Shown here: piece after piece, positions 61,655 through 64,000 of the stretch | How positions within the stretch are numbered: the first letter of the stretch is position 1 | Layout: each line of letters starts with the position of its first letter | Assembly: GCA_964057225.1 (NCBI GenBank) | Contig: OZ059898.1 | Location: 8,060,001-8,124,000 of the forward strand | Reading direction: 5' to 3' | From: Auanema rhodensis | Taxonomy: Eukaryota > Animalia > Nematoda | Length of the DNA stretch: 64,000 nucleotides | Program-made: the position numbers and the translations under genes | The notes under the pieces: model-generated | Seen by the model: the letters and a program-made list of their open reading frames with translations, nothing else | Database searches by the model: none | Told to the model about the DNA's origin: nothing

Positions 61655-63067
61655 TTTTGTAAACTGAAAAAACAGTAATATGAGCTGGAAAACGGTTGTT
61701 GAATGTGAAGAATTTGAATTTTAAGATTCGATACAAGTTTATTATTACCAAAATTGCCTTTTGGCAAAACGGATATAAAAATGAACATAATTTCGCGCAT
61801 GCGGTAGATTGCGTAAGCGGCTGCCGTATATGAGAAATGACGCAACAGCCATTGGCATGCCTTGTCCTAAGACTGAGCTCGGGAGAAGCAGGTCAAGTTG
61901 GCCATTCAAGAGAGCGCGGGAGGATATGTATCGGGTCGCCCAGCCCCCTACCTGTTGTTCATGTGAAGACTGTGAATATCACAGAGAGCATCAGAGAAAT
62001 CTGCCTGTGCATTGTCTTTGGTATCTCGTAAAATCTAATAATCTCTCTTGAGCTGACATGTAGATAGCAATTGTTATTATGAGATTGAGTATTCTTAGGT
62101 CATGGCTTAGAGTTATTAGGACAAGCGAAGAACTGTCTGTGAGCCGACATACTGTGAGCAACAGCAGTTTTTTCCCTCATATCTCAAAAATTGAATGTCA
62201 CATAACAATACATATCAAACAATAAAATATAAATACATATATTAAGAAAGCATAAAAACTTTGGAAGATATTTATTAACGTTTTTAACTAAAAAATGTAT
62301 TTTGAACAGTAAAAAAATTTAAAAACTTATTTATTTATTTATATAACGAAATTTTATACCATTTAATTAATGAATTTCAAATAGTATTCAACTATTTGAA
62401 GTTATTCGGTATAATATTCTTCTCATAATCCATTCTTTTTTGTGAATTATATATCAAAATCTTAATTCTAAATTCAACTATTTCAACTCTCATTCATTCC
62501 ATTTCAACAGTAATCGGAAAAACTTGAGAAGTGTCACGACTACAGTATGCCATTCGCCGCAGGGAATACTGTCGCGAGGTTACTGTGTATTCGTTAAACA
62601 ACAAATTCAATTATTCCATTTATTTTTTTCATTTGTCTTATTTTGAAAAAAAAATTCATAAATTTCAATTTAATCACAGTATTATACTAAGGCCATATTT
62701 TAAAAAAATTTTTTTTAATATTTCTAGGTGTATTACTATTAAAATAATACATATTATACAAATTAATTAATTTCATTTTTTTTCGTTATAATCATAATTG
62801 ATTATTTCACAATATTTTATTATAATAAATATTCATATATTTTAGCCTTCTTAGAAATAAAAAATCAAACACAGAAGTAAGAATTAAAGGGCTACTTTTA
62901 AATAGTCTTAACACGATTGAAGAAATAAAGACACTTGTACAGCCACATCCATGATTATGTAATATGTATAAAATAAAGAAAATTTATGTATTATATTTTG
63001 TTATTTTTCAATAATGTTTTTAAAACAAAATCACACGCTTTAATTTTATTATTTATATCTTTTAGAA

Positions 63068-63179
63068 ATGTCCGGCACCACTGTTACCTTTAAGATTACT
63101 CTTACTAGTGATCCCAAGCTCCCATTCAAAGTGTCAGTTTTTTTAAATTTTATTATTTCATGCTTTTAAAGTTTTTTGT

Positions 63180-63252
<73 letters not shown>

Positions 63253-63534
63253 ATGTCTGTTATACAGTTATTATTAAATCATTTTCAGTTTGTCCGTTCC
63301 CGAATCTACCCCATTCACTGCTGTTGTCAAGTTTGCCGCTGAAGAATTCAAGGTTTGGAAATCATTAAAAAGACGCTTTTAATTTTATGTAACGTATAGG
63401 TTAATGCTGCTACATCAGCTATTATTACCAATGAAGGAGTAGGAATCAACCCATCTCAAACCGCTGGAAATATTTTCTTGAAGCACGGAAGCGAATTGCG
63501 GCTCATCCCAAGAGATCGCGTAGGAGGATATTAA
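63068..63534 (+). CDS. ufm-1: Ubiquitin-fold modifier 1 (3 exons)
   Basis: [17 protein letters not shown]|[21 protein letters not shown]|[42 protein letters not shown]: canonical UFM1 sequence. Confidence 0.97.
63185..63244. repeat. (TA)n microsatellite in ufm-1 intron 1
   Basis: About 30 perfect TA units followed by (TG)n. Confidence 0.95.
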
Positions 63535-63764
63535 GCATAAATTTAATAGTATTGTTAGTTTTCCTTTGTTCTTTCTGTGATGCTTATTTAACTTATTTCT
63601 ATTTATTTCCACCACTGTCTGTATTTTTGTTACATGCTTTTCTGGGGCTATATTGCGTTTTATAAATATTTATTTTATTTCTTTTTTGTATATTCAATGT
63701 ATTTCATTAATTCTATATCTTAGTTTTGCTTTGATTTTTTTAATAGTTTTAATTTTCTTGCAGA

Positions 63765-63985
63765 ATGCCTCTCACCCAATCTCAAAAAGATTTCATCAAC
63801 AAGACAACTGAATTAAGCGCTTTGGCTATTCAATGGGGTTTTGTTCCTCTTGTTGTCTACCTCGGTTTCAAGCGTGGATCTGAACCTATGCCTAATGGAC
63901 AAGTAATGATTTCATTTCCTTTTTATCTATTGTGTATTTTTTTCAGATTGTTCCTCTTTCTTTGATGAGTCTTTTGTGGGGATGA
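63765..63985 (+). CDS. tomm-7: Mitochondrial import receptor subunit TOM7 (2 exons)
   Basis: AIQWGFVPLVVYLGFKRGSEPMPNGQ|IVPLSLMSLLWG*: the Tom7 WGFxPxVxYLG motif and SLLW tail. Confidence 0.95.
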
Positions 63986-64000
63986 ATGATCTCGTAATGA

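Noticed and set aside
63160-63342. ORF containing YIYIYI
   Set aside because: Translation of the intronic (TA)n microsatellite.

Overview
AT-rich eukaryotic DNA with very short GT-AG introns and TTTCAG acceptors. The 5S rRNA and protein sequences point to a rhabditid (clade V-like) nematode. Left arm: an LMO7/lim-8-like PDZ-LIM gene, a mitochondrial 2Fe-2S ferredoxin, a possible small Ser-rich gene and a full teneurin (ten-1). About 450 bp after the ten-1 stop a 5S rDNA tandem array begins (475/476-bp unit, 15 full-length genes on the minus strand, no SL1 in the spacer, dimeric and tetrameric higher-order patterns). The array is interrupted by an intact 9.36-kb BEL/Pao LTR element that looks very young: identical 300-bp LTRs, CCATG target-site duplication and a tRNA-Gly primer binding site (PBS), inserted about 40 bp upstream of a 5S transcription start. 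It encodes one Gag-PR-RT-RH-IN-Env polyprotein with a phlebovirus-Gc-like fusogen and only a ~26-aa Gn-like ectodomain. It also has a separate 3' ORF that duplicates the Gag triple zinc knuckle. The right edge of the array decays into a degenerate Ty3/gypsy-like element (tRNA-Gln PBS, integrase only), rearranged spacer pieces, a truncated 5S gene and a Merlin transposase fragment. Right arm: a protein with two chitin-binding domains around a long E/R/K/Q helix, a bZIP factor with a candidate poison exon, and ufm-1 + tomm-7 in a probable operon. All exon structures were read by eye, and no database searches were run.
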